Assembly (NCBI GenBank): GCA_963841435.1
Contig: CAWJCS010000002.1
Coordinates: forward strand, 1,131,418-1,195,417
DNA from: an uncultured delta proteobacterium
Lineage (GTDB): Bacteria > Myxococcota_A > Polyangia > Polyangiales > Polyangiaceae
Reading direction: 5' to 3'
DNA length: 64,000 bases
Positions 9,340 to 20,241 of this stretch are shown here, piece after piece (positions within the stretch are counted from its first letter, which is position 1; each line of letters opens with the position of its first letter). The notes beneath the pieces were generated by a model. That model searched no databases and had not been told where the DNA came from. It saw only the letters and a list, made by a program, of their open reading frames with translations. The position numbers and the translations under genes are program-made.

Positions 9340-10681
9340 AGGGCGTGGGGCGCTCCTCGCCTTCTGCGTAGACAATGGCGAGGATTTCCTCGCGCAGCGA
9401 AACGCGCGGGCGGAGCCGCGCAAGCAGCGAAAATAGCCCCCACTGCAGGCGGTTCGCGAACAAGAGCTCCGCCGGCATCGCGAGCTTGTGCCGGTTCGGA
9501 TTGTCGCTGACGAGCGCGCGATACGTCATCGCGACGAAAGCCGGCGTGAGACCTGCGGGCTCCGTCGTGAGCCAGGGACGGATGAGATAGAGGTACTGCG
9601 AGTAGTGCGCTTCGAAGTCGAAGCCGTCGTGCTCGCCCACGAGGCCGATGTCGCGTACGGCGACAGAGAAGGCGTCGAAATCCCGCTCGAGCGCGCTTCG
9701 CAGCATGCGGCGCCAGCTGCCGAGCAAATTGCTCGAAAAGTGCCGTACGCAGCCGAAATCGAGGAAGGCCACGCTGTCGTCGGAAAACAGGTAGTTGCCG
9801 GGATGCGGGTCGCAGTTGAGCGAGCCCATCCGGAAAATCGACGCGAACGCGAAGTAGTGAAGCGCGCGCGCGGCCGCGTCGCGCTCTTCTTGCGACCCCG
9901 CGTTCGTCACCTCCCGAAAGGGGCGGCCATGGATGAACGTCGTCGTGAGCACACGTGCGCTCGAGAACGGCGCCACGACCTCGGGCACACGAATGCCCGG
10001 GGTCCCGCGGAAGAAGCTCGCGAAGGCGGTCTGGTGCGCGGCCTCCTTGCGATAGTCGCACTCGTCGAGGAACCGCTCGCGCAGCTCCTCCACGAGCGCG
10101 CGGCCATCGAGCCCCGGCGCCATGACGGCCGTTAGGTGACGAAGCAGCGCAATGTTTTTCAGATCGCCCTCTACGGCGCGCTCGATTCCCGGGTAGCGCA
10201 CCTTCACGGCGACCTCGGTGCCGTCCTTCAGTCGCGCCCGGTGCACCTGCCCGATGCTCGCTGCCGCGACGGGCTCGGCGTCCCATTCGGCAAACAACGC
10301 TTCCGGCGGCTGGCCGAGGTCCTCCTCGAGCGTGCGCACCACGACCTGTGGCGCCATGGGCCGCGAGCGCTGCTGCAGGCGACTGAGCGCTGGTTGCCAG
10401 CCCGCGGGAGTCTGCAAATCCACGTAGCTCAGCATCTGACCGAGCTTCATCGCGAGGCCCTTCAGATCCCCGAGCGCAAGCGCGAGGCCCTCGCCGGCCG
10501 CCGCGTCCGCTCGGGCGGCGCCCCTCTCGCCCCAAAAGAGCCGCCGCCCCGCCGACCGCCCCGCCGCGCCCAACAGCGCGCGCCCCAGCTTCAACCCGCG
10601 CGACAGGCTCCCCTCCGGCACCGCCTCGAGCGAATCGAGGGCGCCGCCGAGAGCGTCCTCGTCGTGCTCGTCTTCTGCCAT
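9293..10681 (-). CDS. ABC1/UbiB/AarF family atypical kinase
   Basis: MKLGQMLS, AAASIGQVHRA, VAVKVRYP, NCDPHPGN, LDFG motifs. Confidence 0.92.
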   Translation of the reverse strand: MAEDEHDEDALGGALDSLEAVPEGSLSRGLKLGRALLGAAGRSAGRRLFWGERGAARADAAAGEGLALALGDLKGLAMKLGQMLSYVDLQTPAGWQPALSRLQQRSRPMAPQVVVRTLEEDLGQPPEALFAEWDAEPVAAASIGQVHRARLKDGTEVAVKVRYPGIERAVEGDLKNIALLRHLTAVMAPGLDGRALVEELRERFLDECDYRKEAAHQTAFASFFRGTPGIRVPEVVAPFSSARVLTTTFIHGRPFREVTNAGSQEERDAAARALHYFAFASIFRMGSLNCDPHPGNYLFSDDSVAFLDFGCVRHFSSNLLGSWRRMLRSALERDFDAFSVAVRDIGLVGEHDGFDFEAHYSQYLYLIRPWLTTEPAGLTPAFVAMTYRALVSDNPNRHKLAMPAELLFANRLQWGLFSLLARLRPRVSLREEILAIVYAEGEERPTPFSDSELRRHLPRLGG

Positions 10682-10772
10682 GCCGGCTGCTTGCTCTTTG
10701 GAGCATGCGGAGAAGCGACGCAAGCTCCACCGCCCGGCGGGGGCGACGCCGGGGCTGCTACGCTCGGTCGGC

Positions 10773-11459
10773 ATGAGCGGGGAACGAGCGCGGCACGGGC
10801 CACGAATTCGAGGCGCACTTGGCGACGCGCTTCGCTTGCTCACGTTTCGAAGCACGCGTGAAGAGTTGCTCGCGCTCGACGGTGCGCACCTGGCGGTCGG
10901 CCTTTCGGCGACGTGGCTCGTGGGCGTGGGGCGCCACTGGCACGACCCCTACGCGTCGTGGTTGGAGCGCGGGGGGCTCGCTTCGCTGCTCTATCTCGGC
11001 GCGCTCTCGGTGTTCTTGTGGCTTCTCTATCTGCCGCTGCGCCCCGCAGCGTGGGGCTTGTGGCGGACGCTCACGTTCCTCGGCTTGGTGTCGCCGGTCG
11101 CGCTCCTCCAGGCGGTCCCCGTCGAGTATTTCGTAGGCTACTCGAGCGCGCTGCGCCTCGGCGCCTGGGTCCTCATCGTCGTCATCGCCTGGCGGGTGGC
11201 CTTGCTGCTTTGGTTTCTGGTGCGGGCGGCGGGGCTTCGTCCGCTCGAAGCGCTCGCTTCGATCCTGCTGCCGGTCGACGTGATCGAGATCCTGCTCGCG
11301 CACTTCGACGTGCGCCACGAAATCGACCGTTTCGTGAACCAATCCCGCTCGCTGGATGTCCTCGCGGCGATCGCGACCCTTTCGCTGCCGCTACCGCTGC
11401 TCGCGTACGTCGTGGTCGTCTTGGTCCGGCTCATCGAGCGCCGCCGGAGCTCGGCCTGA
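10773..11459 (+). CDS. Hypothetical integral membrane protein
   Basis: About 6 hydrophobic segments; WLVGVGRHWHDP motif. Confidence 0.7.
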   Translation: MSGERARHGPRIRGALGDALRLLTFRSTREELLALDGAHLAVGLSATWLVGVGRHWHDPYASWLERGGLASLLYLGALSVFLWLLYLPLRPAAWGLWRTLTFLGLVSPVALLQAVPVEYFVGYSSALRLGAWVLIVVIAWRVALLLWFLVRAAGLRPLEALASILLPVDVIEILLAHFDVRHEIDRFVNQSRSLDVLAAIATLSLPLPLLAYVVVVLVRLIERRRSSA

Positions 11460-11544
11460 GCAGCGCCTTCGTGGTGGCTGCTCGTCTGGGCCGGGGCGGG
11501 GAGTGCGTCGAGCCGTCCGGCAAGCCGGGAACGGGGCCGCGGCG

Positions 11545-12900
11545 TCAGCGCTCGATCTTGAGCACGCGATCGTTCTCGGAGTCCGAGATGTAGATGACGC
11601 CGGTCAGGTCCACGAACGTGCCGTGAGGCCGGCGAAGCTCGGCGAGCGTCGGATCGCCCCCCAGCATGCCCGTCCCGGCGACCCCGTTGCCCACCAGCGT
11701 CGTCAGCGTGTCGTTCGCCACGTCGTACTTGCGGAGCAAGAACAGCTCCGTGTCCGCGATGATCACGTTGTCCTCGAGATCGATGGCAAGGTGCTTCGGA
11801 TCGCTCACCACGTTGAGCGTCGCCGGCATGTCGGTCACGCTGCCCTGCGCGTCCACCACCTGCAGGGAATCCCCGTTCGGCCGATTCTTCACGGCGTAGA
11901 GCGTGCCCTTCGAGTCGAGCGCGATCACGCGCGCCGCCGGGTACGCGATCGCAGGCTTTTCGCTCATGGCCTCGAGATCGATCACGCGAATGTCGTTCGG
12001 CGCGGTGAAGTAGAGGTCGGTCCCCGACGGCGAGAACCCCAGGCAATAGACGCGCGTTTCGCCCGGAAACGGCGCTCCGCTGCCCGCAAACGTCGCCACC
12101 TCCCCGGTGTTCGCGTCCATGCGATACACGTTGCCGTTCATCGTGTCGGCAATGAACAGGATGCGCGTCCCCGGTTGGAACAACAGGTCGTGCGGCTGGT
12201 TCAGCACGATGTTGCCGGGCGCGCCCGGCGCACCAGGTCCGACCACGGTCGTGATCACCCCATCGGCATCGATGTGTCGGATCTTCCCGGTGTCAACCTC
12301 CGCAATGTAAACGTCCCCGGTCATCGGATCGACGACCGCGCCGTACGGATTTTGCACCGCCGCTTCCGTCGCGAGCGAGCCGTCGCCACCCATGCCCGTC
12401 CCTGCCACGAGCACGATCCTCGGCTCACCCGGCGGACCGCCCGCGCTCCCCGCCGCGCCCGCGTCACCCGCCGTCCCCGTGCCCGATTGCCCGCCGCTCC
12501 CCGCGCCGCCGTCTCCCGCGCCCGCACCGCCCGCCCCGCTCGCGCCCGCACCGCCCGCCCCGCTCGCGCCCGCCGCCCCGCTCGTCCCCGCCGCTCCTTT
12601 TGCCCCCATGCCGCCCATCGAAGCACCGGAAGCCCCGCTCGCCCCCGAATCATCCGAGCCACCCCCGCCGCCTGCCCCGGCTCCCGCATTCGCCGCGCCC
12701 GAAACCGAGGGCCCGGCGACACCCGCCGCACCGCCCGCCCCCGCGCCACCCGTCGCCCCCGCCGCCGGCCGACCCTCGTCCCCTGCGCACGCGCTCAAAA
12801 GCAACATCGCGACGATCGGCGTCGCAAAGTGCGTCCATCGCGCCGTCACGAGCGGGAGACTACCACTCGCTGCGACGGCGTCGCACACGGAGATGGGCAC
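11545..12900 (-). CDS. NHL-repeat beta-propeller lipoprotein with Gly-rich linker
   Basis: LLSAC lipobox; Gly/Ala linker; NHL repeats (NPYGAVVD..VYIAE, LNQPHDL..LFIADT, RRPHGTFVD..IYISDSENDRV). Start uncertain. Confidence 0.85.
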   Translation of the reverse strand: MPISVCDAVAASGSLPLVTARWTHFATPIVAMLLLSACAGDEGRPAAGATGGAGAGGAAGVAGPSVSGAANAGAGAGGGGGSDDSGASGASGASMGGMGAKGAAGTSGAAGASGAGGAGASGAGGAGAGDGGAGSGGQSGTGTAGDAGAAGSAGGPPGEPRIVLVAGTGMGGDGSLATEAAVQNPYGAVVDPMTGDVYIAEVDTGKIRHIDADGVITTVVGPGAPGAPGNIVLNQPHDLLFQPGTRILFIADTMNGNVYRMDANTGEVATFAGSGAPFPGETRVYCLGFSPSGTDLYFTAPNDIRVIDLEAMSEKPAIAYPAARVIALDSKGTLYAVKNRPNGDSLQVVDAQGSVTDMPATLNVVSDPKHLAIDLEDNVIIADTELFLLRKYDVANDTLTTLVGNGVAGTGMLGGDPTLAELRRPHGTFVDLTGVIYISDSENDRVLKIER

Positions 12901-13310
12901 CTCGGCCTATTGGCGAAGCCACGACCGCGGCGTAGATGACGCGTGCCGGCGTGTGAGGCACAGGCGCGTTCACTCGTGCAGTGCACGCTCGAAAGTTCGG
13001 ATGTCATGAAAGCGAAGCACCCGCACCGTCGTGGCTTCGGGCCATCTTGCACTCCGCTTGCCAGCGCGCTCTCGTCGATCGGGTGCAGCCCTTCCGACGC
13101 TGGTGGTGATGCGCCCGGCGCCGGCGTGAGCATCACGTTCTGCGAGCGTCCGTGATGCAGTGGGTGTCGCGGCGCGCGCTCGGTGCTTTTCGCCCGAAAT
13201 TTGCCGTCGGAACGCAAGCGCGACGCCGCGCGACACCACCCGGAGCCGCGACTTCGACTGGCGGGTCACTTCCGTGGCCCACTTTCCAGCGGGGGTGCGA
13301 CTGCGGCTCG

Positions 13311-14615
13311 ATGAGAACCGAGCAGCCGTCGCGTGGGCTCTTGCTGACTTTGGTGCTGGGCATCGCCCTCACCGCTTGCAACGGTTCGGACGGCGAGACC
13401 GGGGGCACGGGTGGTGACTCGACGCCGTCGGGCGGCGCGGGAACGGGCGGCACCGGGGGCATGCTGGGTGGCGGGAGCGGAGGAACCTCGGCGGCGGGTG
13501 GTGGTGCCACCGGTGGCTCCAATCCCGGTGGCGCTGGGAGCGGCGGAGCCAGCGGAGACAACACCGGTGGCACGGGCGCCGGGAGTGGTGGCAGCGCAGG
13601 CGCGCTGCCGATGGCGGGCAATGGGGGAGCAGGCGAAGGAAACACCGGAGGCGCGGGTGCCGGCATGGGGGGCAGCGCGGGCACGCTGCCGATGGCGGGC
13701 AATGGGGGAGCAGGCGAAGGAAACACCGGAGGCATGGGCGCCGGCACGGGCGGTAGCGCCGGTTCGATGGCGGGCAGCGCGGGAGCCTTCACGGGCACGT
13801 GCACCGACTCGAAACCGACCGGGACGAACGCTTCAGGGACCGGGCCCCATGACGTGATCGTCGAAACGAATTCCGACCCCGGCATCAAGGAAGGCACCAT
13901 CTTCCGCCCCGCGGATTTGGGTGGAGCGGAGAAATATCCGATCTTCGTCTGGGGTGAGGGCGGTTGCTCGCAAAACGGACTCTCGAACGCCACGGCGATG
14001 GCCGAGATCGCCTCGCACGGATACTTCGTCGTTGCGGATGGCACACCGAACGGCAGCGGCAATCGCACCATGGACCGTTCGAAGCTCGCGGAGATGGGCG
14101 CGCCGCTGGTCGCGTACATCGACTGGGCCATCGCCGAGAACGAGAAGCCCTGCAGCGCGTACTACCAAAGCCTCGACACCGCGAAGGTCGCTTCCAACGG
14201 CTTTTCGTGCGGTGGCCTGATGTCCCAAGGCACCGTCTTGGACCCTCGCATCGTGACTTGGGGTGTCACGAGCAGCGGCATGGCCGGCGCGAACCAGGAT
14301 TTTTACGACCTGATTCACACGCCGGTGCTCTTCGTCGAGGGTGGCACGGGCGACGTCGCGTACGACGGTGGCAAGGAAGGCTACCAGGCCACTAGCAAGC
14401 TGACCGTCCCGGTGCTGTGGTTCAGCAAGGACCTCGGCCACGGTGGCGATCTCTTCCAGCGCGACGGCGGCGACTTCACCAAGCTGAACCTCGCGTGGCT
14501 CAACTGGTGGCTGAAGGGCGACGAAACCGCGACCGGCAAGGGCCTGCTCGTCGGCGCCGGCTGCACTTACTGCAGCGACAGCGCGTGGGAAGTCATGTCG
14601 GCGAACGTTCCGTAG
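13311..14615 (+). CDS. Lipoprotein alpha/beta-hydrolase (cutinase/chlorophyllase-like)
   Basis: LTAC lipobox; Gly linker; YPIFVWGEGGC, EIASHGYFVVA, nucleophile GFSCGG, candidate Asp (GDVAY) and His (LGHGG), WLNWWLKGD. Confidence 0.8.
   Translation: MRTEQPSRGLLLTLVLGIALTACNGSDGETGGTGGDSTPSGGAGTGGTGGMLGGGSGGTSAAGGGATGGSNPGGAGSGGASGDNTGGTGAGSGGSAGALPMAGNGGAGEGNTGGAGAGMGGSAGTLPMAGNGGAGEGNTGGMGAGTGGSAGSMAGSAGAFTGTCTDSKPTGTNASGTGPHDVIVETNSDPGIKEGTIFRPADLGGAEKYPIFVWGEGGCSQNGLSNATAMAEIASHGYFVVADGTPNGSGNRTMDRSKLAEMGAPLVAYIDWAIAENEKPCSAYYQSLDTAKVASNGFSCGGLMSQGTVLDPRIVTWGVTSSGMAGANQDFYDLIHTPVLFVEGGTGDVAYDGGKEGYQATSKLTVPVLWFSKDLGHGGDLFQRDGGDFTKLNLAWLNWWLKGDETATGKGLLVGAGCTYCSDSAWEVMSANVP
13603..13733 (+). 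repeat. Exact 50-bp direct repeat (81-bp period) in the Gly-rich linker
   Basis: cgctgccgatggcgggcaatgggggagcaggcgaaggaaacaccggaggc at 13603 and 13684. Confidence 0.85.
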
Positions 14616-14622
14616 GCGTCGC

Positions 14623-16290
14623 TCAGTCGGTGATGTCCGGGGAGGGGCCGTACAGGGTCGGGCGCCAAGTGGCGTAGCCGAACTTGTTCTGGCTGCCGGG
14701 GCCCTTGATCTCGACGAGCAACGTGCCGTTCTGATCGACCTGGTGCACCACGTCCGCGTTGGAGAAGTCGACGAGCGTGTTGCCTCCGGGGAGCCGTTGC
14801 ACGTCGCCCAGGTTCTGGCTCGTGACTCCGGCTTCGTAGCTCGAGATCTTCTTGCCGGTAAAATCGTATTCGATCATCGCCGAGCTCTTGTTGGCGCCGC
14901 CGTTGTTGGCAAAGATCAGGATGCTGTCGGCGAGGAGGTGGTGACCGTGGTTGACGCCGCCCCAGGTCGAGTTGCCGCCTTGGACCGTGTCCACCAAGCT
15001 CCAGAGCTTTTGCCCGCTGCGACTCACGCGGATCACGTCCTTGTTGACGACGGAGAAGGTGTACTCGTCCTCCGCTTCGGAATAGCGCAGCGCGTTGCCG
15101 TGGCACTGGTTGCCGAACACGCCGCTGGCAGTGAAGATCTTCTTGGTCGTCCCGCTCGGATCGATCTCCGTGATGTCGTTGCAGCTCACGCTGTAGTCGA
15201 GGTACGCCATCGTGCCCCCGCTCACCGCGGCGATGTCGTGCGAGGACTTCGTCGAGGAATACGTCTGGGGGTTCAGGCCATCCATGCCGACGCGGCGGAT
15301 CGCCTGGCCACCGTTGTCTGCCGTCACGGCCCACAGGTTCTGGCCGTCGTAGCTGATCCTCGCGCGTGCGATACCACCCGTCATGCCCGTGTCGTACGCC
15401 CAGACGATGTCGCCATCCGCGTCGATGATGAACGCAACCGAGCTGCCCGTTCCGCCCCAGTAGGACAGCACGATGAAGCCGCGCTCGCGGCCGGTCTCTT
15501 GCTTCACGTCGAAGCTTCCGATGCTGACCGCCGTGGTCTTTTCGCCCGTCTGGATGGTGTAGTCGTCGCTCGCGTATTGCATGCCGCCGGCGGCAGCGAC
15601 GACGCGGAAGTGATACGTCGTGCTCGGCTTCATCCCGAGCAACAGGGTGCGAAAGTCCGCCTGTGCCAGATCGACCGGGGCTTGCATGCCGTAGGTCGTG
15701 TCTTTGCCGAACTCGAGGTAGGCGCTCGTTGGGGTGATCGTCGTGACCGACCACGTGACGATCCCGACAGTCGTCGGCGCCTTGGCGTCCACGGCGCTCG
15801 CCAGCATCGAGCTCACGGTGAAGAGCGACCCGTTGACGGTGGGCGCGCCGCCCGTGCCGCCGCTTGCCGTGCCGGCGGCCCCCGCCGTACCCGCCGTGCC
15901 CGCCGCCGCGCCCATGCCGCCCGTGGCGTCCATGCCCGCGGCCCCTGCGCCGGAGCCGCCTGCCGCCATCACCCCGCCGCTTCCGGCGGCCGCTCCCGTG
16001 CCGGCCATGCCGCTACCGGCGGCCCCGCCAACGTTGTCGCCGCCTGCACCCGAAGTGCTGCCGCCCGCTCCACCGGTCGGGCTCAAGGTGCCGCCCGCGC
16101 CACTGGTGCCCGCTGACGTTCCAGCCGACGAACCGCCGGCACCCGTGCCCGCGCCGGCGAGCGCACCCGTGCCACCCGTCGCGCCGCCGGGGGTGGACGT
16201 GCCCGACTTCGGATCGGCCTCGCCGCCGCCGCACGCTGCGGCAGTGAGGAGCAGAACGGCCACGCCAACGGATCCTAGTCTTTTCGACAT
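14623..16290 (-). CDS. Lipoprotein with FN3-like domain and arylsulfotransferase-like beta-propeller
   Basis: AAAC lipobox; Gly linker; LLGMKPSTTYHFRV (FN3-like); IIDADGDIVW, SHD, CHGNAL, NHGHH, GDVQRLPGGNTLV (ASST-like). Confidence 0.7.
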   Translation of the reverse strand: MSKRLGSVGVAVLLLTAAACGGGEADPKSGTSTPGGATGGTGALAGAGTGAGGSSAGTSAGTSGAGGTLSPTGGAGGSTSGAGGDNVGGAAGSGMAGTGAAAGSGGVMAAGGSGAGAAGMDATGGMGAAAGTAGTAGAAGTASGGTGGAPTVNGSLFTVSSMLASAVDAKAPTTVGIVTWSVTTITPTSAYLEFGKDTTYGMQAPVDLAQADFRTLLLGMKPSTTYHFRVVAAAGGMQYASDDYTIQTGEKTTAVSIGSFDVKQETGRERGFIVLSYWGGTGSSVAFIIDADGDIVWAYDTGMTGGIARARISYDGQNLWAVTADNGGQAIRRVGMDGLNPQTYSSTKSSHDIAAVSGGTMAYLDYSVSCNDITEIDPSGTTKKIFTASGVFGNQCHGNALRYSEAEDEYTFSVVNKDVIRVSRSGQKLWSLVDTVQGGNSTWGGVNHGHHLLADSILIFANNGGANKSSAMIEYDFTGKKISSYEAGVTSQNLGDVQRLPGGNTLVDFSNADVVHQVDQNGTLLVEIKGPGSQNKFGYATWRPTLYGPSPDITD

Positions 16291-16524
16291 TCTTCTCGTT
16301 CTCCGGCAACCCAAGTCTGGTCGAGCGGGCACCGCTGCCTGCCGGCGCTCATCAGAGCGCTGGTCGTACAGTACAGCCCGCGATGGGTCAGCAGGCGCTC
16401 GCCGCGCCGGCTGCGTCGCCTTCGATCAGGAGTGGAAGTTAACAGGGTACTCACAGCGGATGAGTCCGCTGTCACTGCGCGATCCGGCGCCGGGTTCCGA
16501 GGGGTCGTGTGCCCGTGCGTGCCG

Positions 16525-17718
16525 TCACGGGGTGACGCACGACACCTGATAGGTGCTGGTGCAATCGCAGAGGTCGCCACTTTCGCGCGTCCAGCGCTCG
16601 GAGGGCACGTAGCCCCGGCCCTCGTCGAGACACATGAAGTCGAGCGCGTCCGGCAGCACCTTCGAAATCAACGGCGCGGAGGAGAAGCGGTACAGACCGG
16701 CGCCCGCGGGACACGCGCTATGAGGCATCCCGCTCATCGGCAACAGGATCGAGAGATAGCGGCCATCGAGCCAGTTGCCCGTCGGACCGCGCGTCGCCGA
16801 GTACATCACGATCATGCCACCGGTGGCGCCGTAGTGAGTGAAGTCGTTGCCCCGCCCCCGTATCAGACCGTCGTGGCCGATGCTGGTGGAAATGGCTTGC
16901 CCGCCCCAGAACTCTATCACCGCCGCATCGAAGCGCTCTCGGCCGACCGTCTCGAGCCGCGCTTCCATGCCGTAGAGCGAGACGCCAACCGTGGCGCCGT
17001 CGTTTGCCGCCGCGATCGTCGCCGTCCCTGCTGCGCGCACGTAGTAGCCATCCATGTTCGGCGGGAACTGCTCCCGGTGGATGGGCATGGTCAGCCCGAG
17101 TGAATCGAGCTCGGCGAGCACGTCCTTCACGCAAGCGTCGTTCACGATCGTGCCAGGCGCCGCCAAGCCTCCGGGTGAGCCGGGATCCAGCGGCGCAGCG
17201 TCATCCAAGTCGAGGTATCCGTCGTCGTCGTCATCGTCGTCGCAGGGGTCGGTCAGTCCGTCGCCATCGGTATCGGGGGCGTCCGCGCACGGGTCGGAAG
17301 CGTCGCCACCCGCGCCGCCTTCACCAGCCGGCCCTCCGGAATCGCTCTCGCCGCCCGAGTTCTGGGGGCCCGGCCCGTCGCCTCCACCGCTGCCGCCGCC
17401 CGCGGGCTTCCCTGCGTGGCCGGCGGCATCACCGGCAGCCGCGCCCGAGCCACCGTTCGAAGCAGCACCCGCCATCCCGGCTCCGCCACCCCGGGGTTCG
17501 GTCTCGCTGTCCGCGCCGCCCTTGCCGCCGCCGGTCCCGCCATGGCTGCTGCCAGCGCCGCCCTGGCTCCCCAAGGGTTCCACACCAGGTGCGCCCGACT
17601 CACCGCCACCCATCCATTCGTAGTCGCCGGCTTTCGCTGGGGTCCGCTTGCATGCGGGCCCCAGCACGCTGCTCAGAGCGATCCCACAAACGATTGAGAG
17701 CCATCGGGTCCTCGTCAT
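16525..17718 (-). CDS. Lipoprotein with Gly-rich linker and thrombospondin-type-3-like Ca-binding motif
   Basis: LGPAC lipobox; DTDGDGLTDPCDDDDDDDGYLDLDDAAPLDP. Confidence 0.7.
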   Translation of the reverse strand: MTRTRWLSIVCGIALSSVLGPACKRTPAKAGDYEWMGGGESGAPGVEPLGSQGGAGSSHGGTGGGKGGADSETEPRGGGAGMAGAASNGGSGAAAGDAAGHAGKPAGGGSGGGDGPGPQNSGGESDSGGPAGEGGAGGDASDPCADAPDTDGDGLTDPCDDDDDDDGYLDLDDAAPLDPGSPGGLAAPGTIVNDACVKDVLAELDSLGLTMPIHREQFPPNMDGYYVRAAGTATIAAANDGATVGVSLYGMEARLETVGRERFDAAVIEFWGGQAISTSIGHDGLIRGRGNDFTHYGATGGMIVMYSATRGPTGNWLDGRYLSILLPMSGMPHSACPAGAGLYRFSSAPLISKVLPDALDFMCLDEGRGYVPSERWTRESGDLCDCTSTYQVSCVTP

Positions 17719-17931
17719 CGCCGCCCTCCTCAGGGTGCATACCACAAGCTCGTGGCGAGGTGATGAGCTCTCGCCAGCGGCGAAGTCCGTGACGGCGGCG
17801 GCCGGCACGCTCGGGGGCCGGATGCGAGCCAGCGTCGGAGGTCATCGCCGGCTCGTTGGCGCGGAGACGGGCGGGCCGTCATCTCTGGTTTTCAGAGCCG
17901 GGGTGTCGATCTATATGGGCGGAGTAGAGGC

Positions 17932-19308
17932 GTGCAAGAGCTCGAAACGGCCCCGACGGAAAGCGAACGGCTCAGCCGCTCGGACTCTGTCCGTGGGCTC
18001 GTCTGGGTCCATCCAGAAGACGGCTTCGTCGCTCTGTCGGACGGCAAAGTGAGTCTCGGCCGTGATCGAACGTGCACGGTGCGACTGGAGGGGCCCCGCG
18101 TGTCACGAGTTCACGCGACCATTCGGCGTGAAGGCGTGCTCCATGTCCTGAAGGACGAGGGCAGTCGCAATGGCACTCGGCGCAACGGCGAGCCCATCGG
18201 CGAGGTGCCACTCGAGGACGACGACGTGGTCCGCATCGGCGACTGGATCGGAGTCGTGGCTCGAGTTCCGGCGGCGGTGGCTCAGTCCAAGCTGCTCTTC
18301 ATCGAGCCACTGCCCGGGGTCTTGCTGGGTCCGCGCACGCAGGGGCTCTGGGAGCGGGTTCGCGTCCTTGCCCCGTCGCCCGCGCACGTGCTCCTGATTG
18401 CCCCGACCGGTTGCGGCAAGGAGGTTCTGGCCCGCGCGCTGCACCGAGAGAGCGGGCGAGCGGGGCCGTTCGTGGGCCAAAATTGCGCCGCAATGCCCGA
18501 GTCGCTCGCGGAGGCCCAACTCTTCGGGCACGTCCGCGGCGCGTTCACCGGCGCTGCCTCCGCGTCGACGGGGCTGTTCGGTGGGGCCGACGGCGGCACG
18601 CTGCTGCTGGACGAAATCGCCGACCTGCCCCTGACCCAACAGGCAAAGCTGCTCCGAGTGATCGAAGAGCGCGCCGTGGTGCCCCTCGGGGCAGTGACAC
18701 CGCGCCCGATTGACGTGCGCCTGCTCGCAGCCAGTCAGGTGTCGCTCGCAGAGTACGTCGAGCGTGGTCGCTTCCGGGCCGATCTTCTGGCGAGGCTCGG
18801 AGGCGCAACGCTCGAGATCCCGCCGCTCTCGGAGCGTCGTGAGGAAACACCGCGCCTCTTCGCGCGCTTCTTCCGAGACGCTGGCGGGGACCCTCGGCGC
18901 TTCCAGGCGTCGCTCGTCGAGCGCCTCTGCACGCTCTATTGGCCCTTCAACGTGCGGCAGCTCAAGCTCGTCGCCGAAAGCATGGTGGCGTTCTACCCGG
19001 CGGGGCGGCTCAGCGTGTCGCACCTGGATGAATGGCTCGAGGAGAACCGAGGGGGCGCGGCCGGCTCGACGGCGCCGCGCGCTCCCGAGCCCGTGGCGTC
19101 CCGGCTGGAGAGCGAGGAGCGGCCGAGGCCCCCGGGGCGGCGGCGCTCGTCGTGGCTCCGGCGCAACGACGATCAGGCGCGCGCTCTCAAGGATGCCGTC
19201 CGGCGTCATGGAGGCAACGTGTCGAGTGCCGCACGCGAGCTTGGTGTTTCTCGCCAGCGCGCTCAACGTCTGCTCGCTGCCCTCGAAGAAGCCGAGCGCG
19301 CGGGCTAG
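17932..19308 (+). CDS. FHA-domain sigma54-dependent enhancer-binding protein
   Basis: FHA (LGRD..VSRVHA..SRNGT), Walker [35 protein letters not shown], Fis-type HTH ([14 protein letters not shown]). Confidence 0.93.
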   Translation: MQELETAPTESERLSRSDSVRGLVWVHPEDGFVALSDGKVSLGRDRTCTVRLEGPRVSRVHATIRREGVLHVLKDEGSRNGTRRNGEPIGEVPLEDDDVVRIGDWIGVVARVPAAVAQSKLLFIEPLPGVLLGPRTQGLWERVRVLAPSPAHVLLIAPTGCGKEVLARALHRESGRAGPFVGQNCAAMPESLAEAQLFGHVRGAFTGAASASTGLFGGADGGTLLLDEIADLPLTQQAKLLRVIEERAVVPLGAVTPRPIDVRLLAASQVSLAEYVERGRFRADLLARLGGATLEIPPLSERREETPRLFARFFRDAGGDPRRFQASLVERLCTLYWPFNVRQLKLVAESMVAFYPAGRLSVSHLDEWLEENRGGAAGSTAPRAPEPVASRLESEERPRPPGRRRSSWLRRNDDQARALKDAVRRHGGNVSSAARELGVSRQRAQRLLAALEEAERAG

Positions 19309-19329
19309 CGTCGCTCCGCGCTTTGCCGT

Positions 19330-20241
19330 TCAGAAGGCGGCGGTCAAGACGCATTGCCCGCCGCGTAGCGAAAGTGCCGCTCGCGGTTGCTCGGGTTGGG
19401 TGAGGACGAGCACGACTCCCGCTCCGAGCAGCGCGGCGCCGGCGCCGAGCGTGCTCCAGCCCACCACCTCGAAGCGCTCGACGGAGCGAAATGCGGCTCG
19501 ATTCTCACTCACGGCGCGCTCGTACGCGAGCACGCCGAGCAAGCCCTGCTGGTCGACGACTTCGCCCGACGGTGGCTCTGCGCCGAGCTCTTGGCGGCCC
19601 CGCTCCGCGTCGCGGGCTCGCCCCCCGTTCCAGATCAGGATGCCGGCGCCGGCAGCCACCAGCGCCACGCCCGTCGCACCGAGCACGATGCCGGTCGTCC
19701 GCCCGCGCTCGGCTGACACGAGCGAGTCAACCTCGGCGGGGTGCAAGCAGCCCGGACAGGCCGGACCGACTGCGGGCTTCGTCGGCGCCTGGCTCGCGGG
19801 AGCCGTCGTCTGGGGTGGGCGCGGCTCGGCCATCGCGTCCGTCTCGTTGCGAGCGTCCGTCGCTTCGTCGGCGTCGGCGTGACTCTGCGCTTCGCGGCGG
19901 TCGAGCTCTTCGAGCAGTCGTTGGATGTCGGTGCGCTGCTCCGAGGTCTCGGGGCCTGCATCGGCGAGAAACTGCTCCGCGTGCCGGCGTGCCTCGTCGA
20001 GCTCGCCGAGATCGAAGCACACCCGAGCGAGGTTGTAGAGGACCGACGGGTGCGGGCTCTCCGCGAAGGCGCGCTCGAACTCTTCTTTTGCGGGCCGTAG
20101 CTCGCCATGACGCACGAGCTCGATGGCTCGGACATAGTGGTCGTGCGCGGCTTGGGGGCTCGCGCGGACCACGGGTGAGCTCACAGCGACGCTGAGCGTG
20201 ACGGCCCAGGCGGCGACTCCCGAGCACCGGCGGAGCTTCAT
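19330..20241 (-). CDS. Exported TPR protein with C-terminal hydrophobic segments
   Basis: Signal peptide; AKEEFERAFAESPHPSVLYNLARVCFDLG TPR; two Gly/Ala-rich hydrophobic helices; ATGA-coupled to the kinase. Confidence 0.75.
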   Translation of the reverse strand: MKLRRCSGVAAWAVTLSVAVSSPVVRASPQAAHDHYVRAIELVRHGELRPAKEEFERAFAESPHPSVLYNLARVCFDLGELDEARRHAEQFLADAGPETSEQRTDIQRLLEELDRREAQSHADADEATDARNETDAMAEPRPPQTTAPASQAPTKPAVGPACPGCLHPAEVDSLVSAERGRTTGIVLGATGVALVAAGAGILIWNGGRARDAERGRQELGAEPPSGEVVDQQGLLGVLAYERAVSENRAAFRSVERFEVVGWSTLGAGAALLGAGVVLVLTQPEQPRAALSLRGGQCVLTAAF

